This document shows, in pieces, positions 9,235 to 19,096 of a DNA stretch of 64,000 nucleotides. Below the pieces are notes generated by a model. That model saw only the letters and a program-made list of their open reading frames with translations, was not told the origin of the DNA and searched no databases. This DNA is from Ruegeria sp. (GTDB lineage: Bacteria > Pseudomonadota > Alphaproteobacteria > Rhodobacterales > Rhodobacteraceae), in assembly GCF_040830605.1 (NCBI RefSeq), contig NZ_JBFOMD010000004.1, forward strand, positions 58,928-122,927, given 5' to 3'. Both the position numbers and the translations under genes were made by a program. Each line of letters begins with the position of its first letter. Within the stretch, counting starts at the first letter, position 1.

Positions 9235-11063
9235 AACTTGCCGACCTGATCGACCCGTTCCGGGCCCAGGACACGCCCCCACCGCAAACGCTGGGGGCGT
9301 TCATCCGCTGGTGCCTGTCCGGCGCGTGGCCGATGCTGTTCGTGGCGGCGGCGTTTTCGGGGCTGGCGGGCGCGATGGAGGCGGGAACGGCCTGGATTCT
9401 AGGTCAGGTGATCGACATGGCCACGGCCAGCGGACCCGAGGCGTTTTTCTCGGTGCAGAACCTCGCGATGATTGCCGGGGCGGTGGCGTTCTTCGTGGTG
9501 CTGCGGCCCATCCTGTTCGGCCTGTCCTCGGTGTCGAACAACTACATCGTCATGCCCAACATTCCGCCGCTGGTTCTGGCCAAGCTGAACCGCTGGACGC
9601 TAGGCCAGTCGGTGACCTATTTCGACGACGATTTCGCGGGTCGGATCGCGCAGAAGCAGATGCAGACCTCGAACGCGCTGACCTCGGTGGTGTCGGAAAC
9701 CATCAGCGCTATCGTCTTTGCGCTGGCCTCGCTGGTGGGGTCCTTGGCCTTGTTAGGGTCGATTCATCCGCTGGCGATGCTGCCCTTTGCGCTGTGGCTG
9801 GTGGGCTATTTCGCGCTGATCCGCTGGTATCTGCCACGCATCCGCGAACGCTCGGCGGCGCGGGCCGGGGCGCGGGCGATGGTGTCGGGGCAAGTGGTGG
9901 ACACGATCACCAATATCAAGACGGTCAAGCTGTTTGCGCACGCCGCGCATGAGGACAGCGCCGCCCGGGATGCCATGGTGGAGCTGCGTGAGCGCTCGCT
10001 GGAGTTCGGCTGGCTGTCGGCCAGTTTCCGGGTGATCCTGCTGACGCTGGCCGGGGTTCTGCCGGTGCTGCTGATGGGCGCAACGCTGCTGCTGTGGCAG
10101 GCGGGCAGCGCGACCGCCGGCGATATCGTGGCGGCGGGGGCTGTGTCGATCCGCATCTCGCAGATGACCGGCTGGGTCAGTTTCACGCTGATGGGGCTTT
10201 ATGCCAATGTCGGTGAGGTCGAGAACGGGATGAAAACGCTGGCCGTGCGCAACCGGCTTGAGGATTCGGACAGCGCGGGTGAGTTAAAGGTCACCGGCGG
10301 CGAGATCGTGTTCGATGATGTGGGCTTTGCCTATGGTCGCGATATAGGCGGCGTGCAGGGGATTTCACTGACGGTGAGACCGGGTGAAAAACTGGGCATC
10401 GTGGGCGCCTCGGGGGCGGGGAAATCGACGCTCGTGTCGCTGCTCCTGCGGCTCTATGACGGAGAGAATGGCGCAATCCGGATCGACGGGCAGGACATTT
10501 CGGGCGTGACGCAGGACAGCTTGCGCCGCCGGATCGGCATGGTCACGCAGGAAACCGCGATGTTCAACCGCTCGGCGCGCGAGAATATCCTCTATGGCCG
10601 GGCCGATGCCTCGGAGGAGGAAATGCTTGCTGCGGCTGAGAAGGCCGAGGCGCATGAGTTCATCCTTGGACTTGAGGACGCGCATGGCCGTCAGGGCTAT
10701 GACGCGCATCTGGGCGAGCGCGGGGTCAAGCTGTCGGGCGGGCAACGGCAGCGGATCGCGCTGGCCCGCGCCATCCTCAAGGATGCACCGATCCTGGTGC
10801 TGGACGAGGCGACCTCGGCGCTGGATTCCGAGGTTGAGGCCTCGATTCAGGCCGCGCTGCATCGGGTGATGGAGGGCAAGACCGTGCTGGCGATTGCGCA
10901 TCGGCTGTCCACGCTCAGCGAGATGGACCGGATCGTGGTGCTGGATCAGGGCCGGATCGCCGAAAGCGGCACGCATGAGGTGCTGCTGGCGCAGGGCGGG
11001 CTTTATGCACAGTTCTGGCACCGGCAGTCCGGTGGGTTCATTCAGACCGAGGCGGCCGAATAA
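9231..11063 (+). CDS. ABC exporter, fused permease/ATPase, subunit 2 (paralog, likely heterodimer)
   Basis: Same architecture, GASGAGKST, LSGGQRQR; ATGA overlap with subunit 1. Confidence 0.93.
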   Translation: MKLADLIDPFRAQDTPPPQTLGAFIRWCLSGAWPMLFVAAAFSGLAGAMEAGTAWILGQVIDMATASGPEAFFSVQNLAMIAGAVAFFVVLRPILFGLSSVSNNYIVMPNIPPLVLAKLNRWTLGQSVTYFDDDFAGRIAQKQMQTSNALTSVVSETISAIVFALASLVGSLALLGSIHPLAMLPFALWLVGYFALIRWYLPRIRERSAARAGARAMVSGQVVDTITNIKTVKLFAHAAHEDSAARDAMVELRERSLEFGWLSASFRVILLTLAGVLPVLLMGATLLLWQAGSATAGDIVAAGAVSIRISQMTGWVSFTLMGLYANVGEVENGMKTLAVRNRLEDSDSAGELKVTGGEIVFDDVGFAYGRDIGGVQGISLTVRPGEKLGIVGASGAGKSTLVSLLLRLYDGENGAIRIDGQDISGVTQDSLRRRIGMVTQETAMFNRSARENILYGRADASEEEMLAAAEKAEAHEFILGLEDAHGRQGYDAHLGERGVKLSGGQRQRIALARAILKDAPILVLDEATSALDSEVEASIQAALHRVMEGKTVLAIAHRLSTLSEMDRIVVLDQGRIAESGTHEVLLAQGGLYAQFWHRQSGGFIQTEAAE

Positions 11064-11103
11064 GGGGTTTTGCCAGCGCCAAAGCCCGGCTATCAGGCCT
11101 GCC

Positions 11104-12336
11104 ATGAGCCAGAGTTTCACCATAGCCCGGCTGGGCCATCAGGGCGACGGCATCGCCGATGGCCCGGTCTACGCCCCCCGCACCCTGCCCGCCGAGGTGG
11201 TGAGCGGCACGCTGGATGGCAGCCAGTTGACCGATATCCGGATCGAGATGCCCTCGGACCAACGGGTGAAACCGCCCTGCCGTCACTACAAATCCTGCGG
11301 CGGCTGCCAGTTGCAGCATGCCTCGGACGATTTCGTGGCGGATTGGAAGGTGGGGATCGTCCGCAATGCGCTGGCGGCGCAGGGGTTGGAGGCGCCGATG
11401 CGTCCGATCCACACCTCGCCCGAACGTTCGCGCCGTCGGGCGACCATCGCTGTGCGGCGGACCAAGAAGGGCACGCTGGCTGGTTTTCATGGCCGCGCGT
11501 CGGATGTGATTACCGAGATTCCAGACTGTCACCTGCTGGACCCGGCCCTGATCGCCGCGATCCCGGTGGCCGAGGCGCTGGCCCTGCTGGGCGGCAGCCG
11601 CAAGGGTGTGCTGGCCGTCACCCTGACCCTGTCCGAGGCCGGATTGGACGTGTCGGTGAAGGGTGGCAAGCCACTGGACGGCCCGCTGGAACTGGCGCTG
11701 GCACGGGCGACCGAAAAACACCGGCTGGCGCGGCTAGCGTGGGAGGATGAGGTGATCGCCATGCGCGAGCCGCCCGTTCAACGCTTTGGCGCAGCAGAAG
11801 TGGTACCGCCGCCGGGGGCGTTTTTGCAGGCCACGAAGGACGGAGAACAGGCTCTGTTGCGGGCGGTTCAGGAGGTTGTGGGCGGCGCAAGGCGGGTCGC
11901 GGACCTGTTTGCAGGCTGCGGCACCTTCTCTCTGCCCCTGGCGCAGGGGGCCGAGGTGCACGCGGTCGAGGGCGAGGCCGCGATGACCGAGGCACTGGAT
12001 CGGGGCTGGCGTAAAACGCGGGGCCTGAAGCAACTCACCATCGAGGCGCGCGACCTGTTCCGCCGTCCGCTGATGCCGGACGAGCTGGCGAAATTCGACG
12101 CCGTGGTGCTGGACCCGCCCCGCGCCGGGGCCGAGGCGCAGGTGGCGGAACTGGCGCAGGCGCAGCGCCCGACCGTTGCCTATGTCTCATGCAACCCGGT
12201 CACGTTTGCCCGCGACGCCAAGGCCCTGACCGAGGCCGGGTATCAGTTGAACTGGGTGCAGGTGGTCGATCAGTTCCGCTGGTCGGCGCATGTGGAGCTT
12301 GCGGCCTCATTCACCATGAACCATACCAAACCCTAG
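11104..12336 (+). CDS. RNA m5U methyltransferase (RlmD/TrmA family)
   Basis: CRHYKSCGGCQLQH Fe-S motif, DLFAGCG, LDPPRAG, YVSCNP; start moved to MSQSF. Confidence 0.9.
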   Translation: MSQSFTIARLGHQGDGIADGPVYAPRTLPAEVVSGTLDGSQLTDIRIEMPSDQRVKPPCRHYKSCGGCQLQHASDDFVADWKVGIVRNALAAQGLEAPMRPIHTSPERSRRRATIAVRRTKKGTLAGFHGRASDVITEIPDCHLLDPALIAAIPVAEALALLGGSRKGVLAVTLTLSEAGLDVSVKGGKPLDGPLELALARATEKHRLARLAWEDEVIAMREPPVQRFGAAEVVPPPGAFLQATKDGEQALLRAVQEVVGGARRVADLFAGCGTFSLPLAQGAEVHAVEGEAAMTEALDRGWRKTRGLKQLTIEARDLFRRPLMPDELAKFDAVVLDPPRAGAEAQVAELAQAQRPTVAYVSCNPVTFARDAKALTEAGYQLNWVQVVDQFRWSAHVELAASFTMNHTKP

Positions 12337-12354
12337 GCAGGCAGGAGCAGACAA

Positions 12355-13131
12355 ATGAGTTTCACGCAGCGTCTGAACGCGTTCATCGAGCGCCCGGGAT
12401 TTGGCCGGTTCATCACCGGCGTCATCATTTTCAACGCGGTGCTTCTGGGGCTGGAAACCGCCCCCAGCGTGATGGAACGGCATGGGCACATGATCGAGCT
12501 GCTCGACACCGCCTGCCTGACCATCTTCATTATCGAGATCGCGATGAAACTGGTGGCGCAGCGGCAGCGGTTTTTCCTGAGCGGCTGGAACCTGTTCGAC
12601 TTCACCATCGTCGGCATCGCTCTGGTGCCAGGCGCGCAAGGCCTGTCGGTCCTGCGGGCGCTCAGGATCTTGCGGGTGCTGCGGGTCATTTCGGTCGCAC
12701 CGCGCCTGCGCCGGGTGGTCGAAGGGTTCATCGAGGCGCTGCCGGGCATGGCCAGCGTGTTCCTGTTGATGGCGATCATCTTCTATATCGGCGCGGTGAT
12801 CGCCACCAAGCTGTTCTCGGCCTCGTTCCCCGACTGGTTCGGCGATCTGGGCCTGTCGGCCTATACGCTGTTCCAGATCATGACGCTGGAAAGCTGGTCG
12901 ATGGGGATCGTGCGCCCGGTGATGGATGTCTACCCCTACGCCTGGGTTTTCTTCGTGCCGTTCATCATGATCACGACATTCGCGGTGGTGAACCTGCTGG
13001 TGGGTCTGATCGTGAATTCGATGCAGGATGCGCACCATGCCGAGGACGAGGTCAGGACCGATGCCTATCGGGATGAGGTCCTGGAACGGCTGGAATTGAT
13101 CGAAAGACGGCTTTCGGACATGAAAAAGTGA
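12355..13131 (+). CDS. Bacterial voltage-gated sodium channel (NaChBac/BacNav family)
   Basis: S4 RxxRxxRxxR (LRALRILRVLR) and TLESWSMG selectivity filter. Confidence 0.93.
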   Translation: MSFTQRLNAFIERPGFGRFITGVIIFNAVLLGLETAPSVMERHGHMIELLDTACLTIFIIEIAMKLVAQRQRFFLSGWNLFDFTIVGIALVPGAQGLSVLRALRILRVLRVISVAPRLRRVVEGFIEALPGMASVFLLMAIIFYIGAVIATKLFSASFPDWFGDLGLSAYTLFQIMTLESWSMGIVRPVMDVYPYAWVFFVPFIMITTFAVVNLLVGLIVNSMQDAHHAEDEVRTDAYRDEVLERLELIERRLSDMKK

Positions 13132-13191
13132 TTTTGGAATTACGATTTTCTGGCATAATGAAAAATAATAGAAAAAGAGGCAGTGAAGAGT

Positions 13192-13710
13192 ATGGACCGT
13201 CGAGCATTCGGCATCGGAGCGCTGGCAACGCTGAGTGTTTCCGCATGCGGTACAAGTGATCCAAGAATTCTGAGGTATAGGGGCCCCGAGGTGACCTCGG
13301 TTGTCGTCAACAAGAGTGCGCGCAAGATGTACCTGTTGCACCACAACCAGATCCTCAAGGAATACAAGGTGGACCTGGGCTTTGCGCCGGATGGCACCAA
13401 GACCAAATATGGCGATGGCAGAACGCCCGAGGGCACCTACCTGATCGATCGCCGCAACCCCAACAGCCGGTACCATCTGTCGGTGGGGATTTCCTATCCC
13501 AACGCGCAGGACATCGCGGCGGCAAGGGCGGCCGGGGTCGATCCCGGCGGCGATATCTTTATCCATGGCGAGCCGAACCGGCGCAAGGAACGCAAGCGGG
13601 CCAAGAAGACGCCGGACTGGACCGCGGGCTGCATCGCCGTCAAGAACAGCGAGATCGAAGAGATCTACTCGATGGTGAAGGAAGGTACCGTTATTACCCT
13701 CCGACCCTGA
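13192..13710 (+). CDS. L,D-transpeptidase family lipoprotein (YkuD)
   Basis: Lipobox-like VSAC, GDGRTPEG, IFIHG...WTAGCIA catalytic motif. Confidence 0.85.
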   Translation: MDRRAFGIGALATLSVSACGTSDPRILRYRGPEVTSVVVNKSARKMYLLHHNQILKEYKVDLGFAPDGTKTKYGDGRTPEGTYLIDRRNPNSRYHLSVGISYPNAQDIAAARAAGVDPGGDIFIHGEPNRRKERKRAKKTPDWTAGCIAVKNSEIEEIYSMVKEGTVITLRP

Positions 13711-13719
13711 TCGCGGCAA

Positions 13720-15153
13720 TCAGAGCGGCCGCCACGGGCCGAAGCCGAACATCAGAAAGTCGCGCTGGTAAATGTCGTGGGCCAGTTCTTCGAGACCTGC
13801 ATCATGGATATCGCTCAGCGCAAAGGGGCTGTCGCTGGGGCTCAGGTTCAGCGGGTGGGGGTCGGGATGACCCAGTTTGAGGGCGAGGTCGGGCAGCGCA
13901 TCGGCTGCTTCGTCTTCACGGAACACCAGATCGGGCAATGCGAAATCGGCAAAGCCAGACAGAAGCTGCGCCTGCGTTGACCAACTGCTGTCCACCCGGA
14001 TCGGCGTCTGACCGGCAAGGTTCAGACGCAGAAACTCCAGAAAAGCGGTGAACGCCTCGCGGTGCCGGGACAAGGAGTATCGTTTGTCCGGCGCCTCGGG
14101 CGGTATGTTCACCTTGAACTGGCGGCGCAGCGTGTTGCGGATTTTAAGAAGCGATCCAGGCCCGGTGTTCAGGATGCGGTGGCAAAACGTGGTATGCGCA
14201 CGGGCCAGCGGGTGCCGCAGCACGGTGAAACGGCGATGTCCGGGATGTTTGCGCATCCACTGGCGCGTCTGTTTCTGGTTCATGCCCGTTGTCAGCGCGT
14301 CGATGGAAACACCGTCGAGATCGGCCAGCCATTGCGTAATCGCGTCCTCGAGTCCGCCCCGGATCGGCAGGTACATCAGCGGCGTGGTCGCTCCGGCCAC
14401 ATAGCTGGGCACCGCTGGCCCGCGGCGCGGTTCGAAATTCGGGGTGCGCGTCAGGTTGAACGGATCGAGCGCGCTGAGCGCCCGGCTCATATCCTCGACA
14501 TTGGCGACCTTGGCGGATGTCGGGCTTGGATTTTGCCGTTTCAGGCTCTGATCCAGCGATTTCAACTGCGCGTCGCTGCCCAGCCATTTTGCCAGCCCGT
14601 TCATGATGTCGACGCTCTGAAGGTCTTCGTAAGACACATAAAACGCGGTCTGTCCGCTGCGCTGCAATGCGTTCAGCAGAAAGATCTGAAAGCGCTGCAA
14701 CGTATCGACATGGCTCAGAAACTCATCGCCGTCGAACTGGGCCTTGGCCTCTTTCCTGCGCTTCACGTTGGTCAGTTTCCACTGGCCGGTCTGCTGGGCG
14801 ATTTTCCAGGACACGTAGCTGTCCAGAGGGTTGCGCGTCAGAATGATCTTGGCACAACGCGGATCGGCCAAAGCAATCTCAAGCACCCGGGGGTCGTGGT
14901 CGTGAAAGAACCGAAAACCGCCCAGTTCATCCGGAATGCTGCGGATCGCGTCGAGCAGGCGGGCCGGGTCAGCATCCCGCTGATCCTTGGTGAGGCCCAG
15001 AACCTCATCCCGGTTGGGATACCCGATGAAATGCGGATTGAACGCCTCACCAAAGCAGGAGAGGCCGTCCACCGCATTCAGGTTGGATTCCAGAAAATTG
15101 GACCCTGTCCGCATCTCGGCAAAGATGATGAAATAGTCGAATTTGGCCGTCAT
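13720..15153 (-). CDS. Sulfotransferase (NodH/Stf0-like N domain plus a degenerate second sulfotransferase-like domain)
   Basis: MRTGSNFL 5'-PSB loop and LTRNPLDSYVS 3'-PB motif; C half has FTVLRHPLAR. Confidence 0.75.
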   Translation of the reverse strand: MTAKFDYFIIFAEMRTGSNFLESNLNAVDGLSCFGEAFNPHFIGYPNRDEVLGLTKDQRDADPARLLDAIRSIPDELGGFRFFHDHDPRVLEIALADPRCAKIILTRNPLDSYVSWKIAQQTGQWKLTNVKRRKEAKAQFDGDEFLSHVDTLQRFQIFLLNALQRSGQTAFYVSYEDLQSVDIMNGLAKWLGSDAQLKSLDQSLKRQNPSPTSAKVANVEDMSRALSALDPFNLTRTPNFEPRRGPAVPSYVAGATTPLMYLPIRGGLEDAITQWLADLDGVSIDALTTGMNQKQTRQWMRKHPGHRRFTVLRHPLARAHTTFCHRILNTGPGSLLKIRNTLRRQFKVNIPPEAPDKRYSLSRHREAFTAFLEFLRLNLAGQTPIRVDSSWSTQAQLLSGFADFALPDLVFREDEAADALPDLALKLGHPDPHPLNLSPSDSPFALSDIHDAGLEELAHDIYQRDFLMFGFGPWRPL

Positions 15154-15159
15154 ACGGTC

Positions 15160-16860
15160 TTATCGCACAAGATAAGGTTTGCGGGCAGGTTTGGACTGCG
15201 CTGGCGGCTGTTTTTCAACCGGAAAATCACCCATGAGGTAAGGGTGCATACCCTGGTTCTTGAGATTTTGCAGGAATTGCCCGAATCCGGTCAGATCGAC
15301 CATGGTCGGCGCCTCGGACAAATGCCGTGCGCTGGCCGGGCCGATCTCGTCAATCAGGGCCTGAATGGGTTCCATCGGGGATTCGACGAACTCGGCCATC
15401 GACCAGATCTGTAGCCTGGCCTTGGTTTTTTCGGTCCGCAAGAAATCAATCTGCTTGCTTTCGATTCTTTGCAGATGCGCGGCCTCTTTGCGCAGGTCGC
15501 CAAAGCTCCGGTTCGAACGGAACAGCGGAACGGCCCAGGCGCCGGTGATGATCGAGATGCGGGCATTGGAATCCCGAGCCAGCATATCGTTGATCTTTTG
15601 GTTGTCGGCAGGGCCGAACTGGAAACACTGCCGCTCGCCCCTTGTGTTCCAGATCAGATTGGTGAGGAAGGCCGCCGGGTCATAGTCGCGCAATCCGGCG
15701 CTGTCGGTCAGCACACCGTTGATCATCGTGTCGCCACCCGCGAAGGCGACCCGGTCGGGGCCGAAAAGATGGCCATGCACCCGGGCGCCGGTTGTCTTGT
15801 TCAGCCAGCGTTCAAAGTCTTCGAACAGGTCGGAAAACCCCTGAAAAACCGAGTAAGGCTGCGCCGTCAGGCCGTTTTCGTGCCCCTTGCGCGGGAACCG
15901 GCTCTGCATGCACAGACCGGGCCGGCCGCGTGTCCGGCGTTCGACCGCCTTGCCGAAAACGCGGTCGATCTTGCCGGGATTGGGCTCGGCCCGTTTCATC
16001 GCGTGCGCCTCGTCGGTCATGAAGGCCTGATACAGCCGGTCGGCGCGCGGCCAGATCTTGCGTGCAACAAAACAGTCGGACCGGCGCAGCAATTGCAGGT
16101 GATCGTCGTAGAAAACATGGGGTTTGCCCTGATAGTCGAACTTGGACAGGGTCAGGGACCGGCTTTCGATATTCGCGGAATAGAGCCTTGCGAGGGTCTG
16201 ATAATAGCTTTCGTCGGGGATCCACACCCGCCGGAAATAGCGGTCATAGGTCTTGCGCCGCGGGTCCTGCAGGATCGCCGACAAGGTCTGTCGGGTCAGA
16301 CACCACCACTGGCTGCCCATATGCGGGACCAGCCCCTCGGGGATACGGCGCCGGACGCGCAGGCGTCGCTGCAGGCGGACATAAGCATCAAACAGCTTTC
16401 GCTGCCGTTTCCACGAAAACGGAAACCGCAAGGTAAAGCGTTCGTGGTCCAGCCCACCAACGGTCCAGGGTACGTCAGCCGTCGCCGCGCTTTCGATGAA
16501 GTCGGTGTGAGGGCGGGCATCGAGATAATCGATCAACTCACGCACAGGTCTGAGCGGCAGGCACGAGCCGGAGGCGAGATAGACGTGACGCACATCCGGG
16601 TAGTTTTCGAGCAACTGTTCCGAGGCGGATTGCGATGCCGCCACGATCCCCCAGCCGCCCCATTCGCAGCGATGGCGCCCCGAAAAGGTGATCAGCGGAT
16701 CGCTGGCGCAGGAGCGGACAAATGCGTCATTGATGATCTTGGGGACGTTCCTGTCCACGTGGATGACCACCGGACATCCCGAAGCGGTCCAGTGCCGCGC
16801 CACCTGTTCGGCCCGTTCGAGCGCCGTGTGAACCAGCATGACAACCCCGACCGCGCTCAT
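15160..16860 (-). CDS. Core-2/I-branching (GT14-like) glycosyltransferase with C-terminal extension
   Basis: IHVD, WGGWGIV, LASGSCLPL, GSQWWCLTR, IPDESYYQT motifs. Confidence 0.8.
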   Translation of the reverse strand: MSAVGVVMLVHTALERAEQVARHWTASGCPVVIHVDRNVPKIINDAFVRSCASDPLITFSGRHRCEWGGWGIVAASQSASEQLLENYPDVRHVYLASGSCLPLRPVRELIDYLDARPHTDFIESAATADVPWTVGGLDHERFTLRFPFSWKRQRKLFDAYVRLQRRLRVRRRIPEGLVPHMGSQWWCLTRQTLSAILQDPRRKTYDRYFRRVWIPDESYYQTLARLYSANIESRSLTLSKFDYQGKPHVFYDDHLQLLRRSDCFVARKIWPRADRLYQAFMTDEAHAMKRAEPNPGKIDRVFGKAVERRTRGRPGLCMQSRFPRKGHENGLTAQPYSVFQGFSDLFEDFERWLNKTTGARVHGHLFGPDRVAFAGGDTMINGVLTDSAGLRDYDPAAFLTNLIWNTRGERQCFQFGPADNQKINDMLARDSNARISIITGAWAVPLFRSNRSFGDLRKEAAHLQRIESKQIDFLRTEKTKARLQIWSMAEFVESPMEPIQALIDEIGPASARHLSEAPTMVDLTGFGQFLQNLKNQGMHPYLMGDFPVEKQPPAQSKPARKPYLVR

Positions 16861-17885
16861 GCCCAGTTCCCCTTGGACATCAGCCCCAATATCTCAAGCT
16901 GGCGCCAGTTGATGTATTTTTCGGACCATTTGCTCCAGAATACCGGCTGTTCACGCAGTTTCTGCGCATAAGCCTTGTACTCGGAGGACGCGGCATAGTG
17001 CTGATTGCGCGCCAGTTCCTCCTCGGCCTTGGCGCTGAACGTGTCGATGAGCTTGGTGTGCAGCAACACGCCGCTGGCCTTTTCGCCGCCGGTTTCGTCA
17101 TAGACCTGGTTCAGCCCGCGCGGCAGCAATGCGTGGGTCGAGCTGACATAGGCATAACGCCGATCCCACCGGACCAACGGGATCTTGTTGAGCGCCGGCG
17201 CCTTTTTCGGGTTGTCCGAAAAGAACATCCGGCAGCGGGGGCCGCCTTGGATCCAGAGATTGCCGTAAGCGTGGTTCTTGCTGATCGTATAGTTGCCGGA
17301 ATCGAACCAGTTGGCGATTTCCAGCGGGTTCTGCCCTTCGCGATACGGGGTCTCGTCGATCCGGCCCTTGGGGTAGACGTCGACCAGCATCGAGCTGAAG
17401 CTGCGCACGCCGATATTGTCCAGCCAATCGGTCAGGGCCTGAATGGGTCTGGAGTCGCAAAACGGGTAAACCAGGAACTCATCGGGGTCGATGGTCAGCG
17501 TCCAGTGACCATGCGCGTATGTCCGCAGCAGGTAATTCGTCCAATCGACGCCGTATGTGGCCCGCTTGTAGCTTTTGTTCGAATACCAGACCGAGACGTC
17601 CGGGTGCGAGCCGAGAAAATCCAGGGTTCCGTCATCGCTGTCATTGTCGATGAACAGAAAATGGTCGATGCCCAGGTCGCGGTAGTAGCGGAGGAAGTAG
17701 GGCAGCCGGATCTTTTCATTGCGCACCGTGCTGACAAGCAGGACGTCGTTGGGCTTGATAGCGGCAGTGTTGTTGCGGACGGAAACCAGATCCTTGGACC
17801 GGCGCAAACATCTTATGATGCGGCGCTTGCGCCGCAACCTCATACGATAAGAGTCCCACAGGCTCACGTGGCGATCCAACCTCAA
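16857..17885 (-). CDS. Glycosyltransferase family 2
   Basis: RNE..RLPYFLRYYR, IDNDSDDG, IDPDEFL; true start may be a few codons downstream. Confidence 0.85.
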   Translation of the reverse strand: MRLDRHVSLWDSYRMRLRRKRRIIRCLRRSKDLVSVRNNTAAIKPNDVLLVSTVRNEKIRLPYFLRYYRDLGIDHFLFIDNDSDDGTLDFLGSHPDVSVWYSNKSYKRATYGVDWTNYLLRTYAHGHWTLTIDPDEFLVYPFCDSRPIQALTDWLDNIGVRSFSSMLVDVYPKGRIDETPYREGQNPLEIANWFDSGNYTISKNHAYGNLWIQGGPRCRMFFSDNPKKAPALNKIPLVRWDRRYAYVSSTHALLPRGLNQVYDETGGEKASGVLLHTKLIDTFSAKAEEELARNQHYAASSEYKAYAQKLREQPVFWSKWSEKYINWRQLEILGLMSKGNWA

Positions 17886-18045
17886 ATTACGCGAGCACGT
17901 CCGGGACCGAGGTCAAGTCAGAGTGGCGCCGGACGAGTAACGCTTTATGTCATTATTTCCTTATTGAAATCAATGAGTATACAACGCGTTAACTGTAACA
18001 TGATTCAGACACACACATTTTGATCACAACCTTCAACTCAGAACC

Positions 18046-19086
18046 CTACCAGCCTGCAGAACACATCAACCCCAGCCGCTCCAGGTCCTGCCAGTTTGAA
18101 TAGCGCGTCGACGTCGGCACCCACAGATCGGGATCGGCTGATATACCGTCATAATAGGCGGCAAACTTGTCCGGATCGTGGAAATGCTGTGCCCGTTTCT
18201 TCTCGATTGCCGATTTTCCGACAACCTCGGGCAAAAACTTCGTGTGCAGCAAGACACCGGATGGCGCGTGCCCGCCGGGGCCGTCATATTCGTGGTTCAG
18301 GTGGCCGGGCAGGGCCGAGTGGCAGGAATTCACATAGGCATAACGGCGCGACCACCGAACCAGCGGGATCTTGTTCAGCGTGGGTGAGCGGTCAGGGTCG
18401 TCGGCGAAAAACATGCGTTCGCGCACGCCGCCCTGCACCCAGAGATTGCCCATCGGATGTTGCCGCCGAACGCGATAGGGGCCCTTGTCAAACCAGCAAA
18501 TCGCCTGAGTAGGGTCTGTTTCTGGATCATAATCCACCGAACCCAACCGACCCTTGGGGTACAGATCCAGCATATGAGCGCCAAACGCGGCTTGCCTGCG
18601 GCTGTCCAGCCATGCAGTTAGCTTATGCAGGTCGCGGGTGTCATGATGGGCGTAGATCAGCAACTCATCCGCGTCGACCATCAGCGTCCAGTGGCCGTGG
18701 CCGTACCGCATCTGCAGCCACGTCATCCAGTCCAGTCCGAACCGGGCGTCGCGATAGCTGTGGCGGGTCTGCCAGAGCGACACGTCGGGCTGATCGCGCA
18801 GCATCTCGACCGAGCCGTCATCGCTGCCGTTGTCCACGATCAGGAAACGGTTGATGCCCAGGCGGCGGTAGTGGCTGAGATACCAGGGCAGGCGGGTCGC
18901 CTCGTTGCGCAGGGTGGTGACGGCCAGAATGTCACCCGGTTCGATCTGTGCCGTGCGATCCGCCAGCACGGTCAGCTGATGACGGCTGCGGAAGGACCGC
19001 CAAAGCAGGCGCCGCCGCTTCCACCGCAACCGATAGGCGTCGATCCAGCCGATTTGGTGCGCCTGTGCGGTCGAGGGGGCAATCAT
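18046..19086 (-). CDS. Glycosyltransferase family 2 (paralog of the adjacent GT2)
   Basis: VDNGSDDG, VDADELL; shares LNKIPLVRW and SGVLLHTK blocks with 16857-17885. Confidence 0.85.
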   Translation of the reverse strand: MIAPSTAQAHQIGWIDAYRLRWKRRRLLWRSFRSRHQLTVLADRTAQIEPGDILAVTTLRNEATRLPWYLSHYRRLGINRFLIVDNGSDDGSVEMLRDQPDVSLWQTRHSYRDARFGLDWMTWLQMRYGHGHWTLMVDADELLIYAHHDTRDLHKLTAWLDSRRQAAFGAHMLDLYPKGRLGSVDYDPETDPTQAICWFDKGPYRVRRQHPMGNLWVQGGVRERMFFADDPDRSPTLNKIPLVRWSRRYAYVNSCHSALPGHLNHEYDGPGGHAPSGVLLHTKFLPEVVGKSAIEKKRAQHFHDPDKFAAYYDGISADPDLWVPTSTRYSNWQDLERLGLMCSAGW

Positions 19087-19096
19087 TCCGGCCTAC

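Noticed and set aside
17886-18045. AT-rich gap between the two GT2 genes as a possible sRNA or insertion scar
   Set aside because: No convincing stem, terminator or repeat; most simply an internal promoter region.
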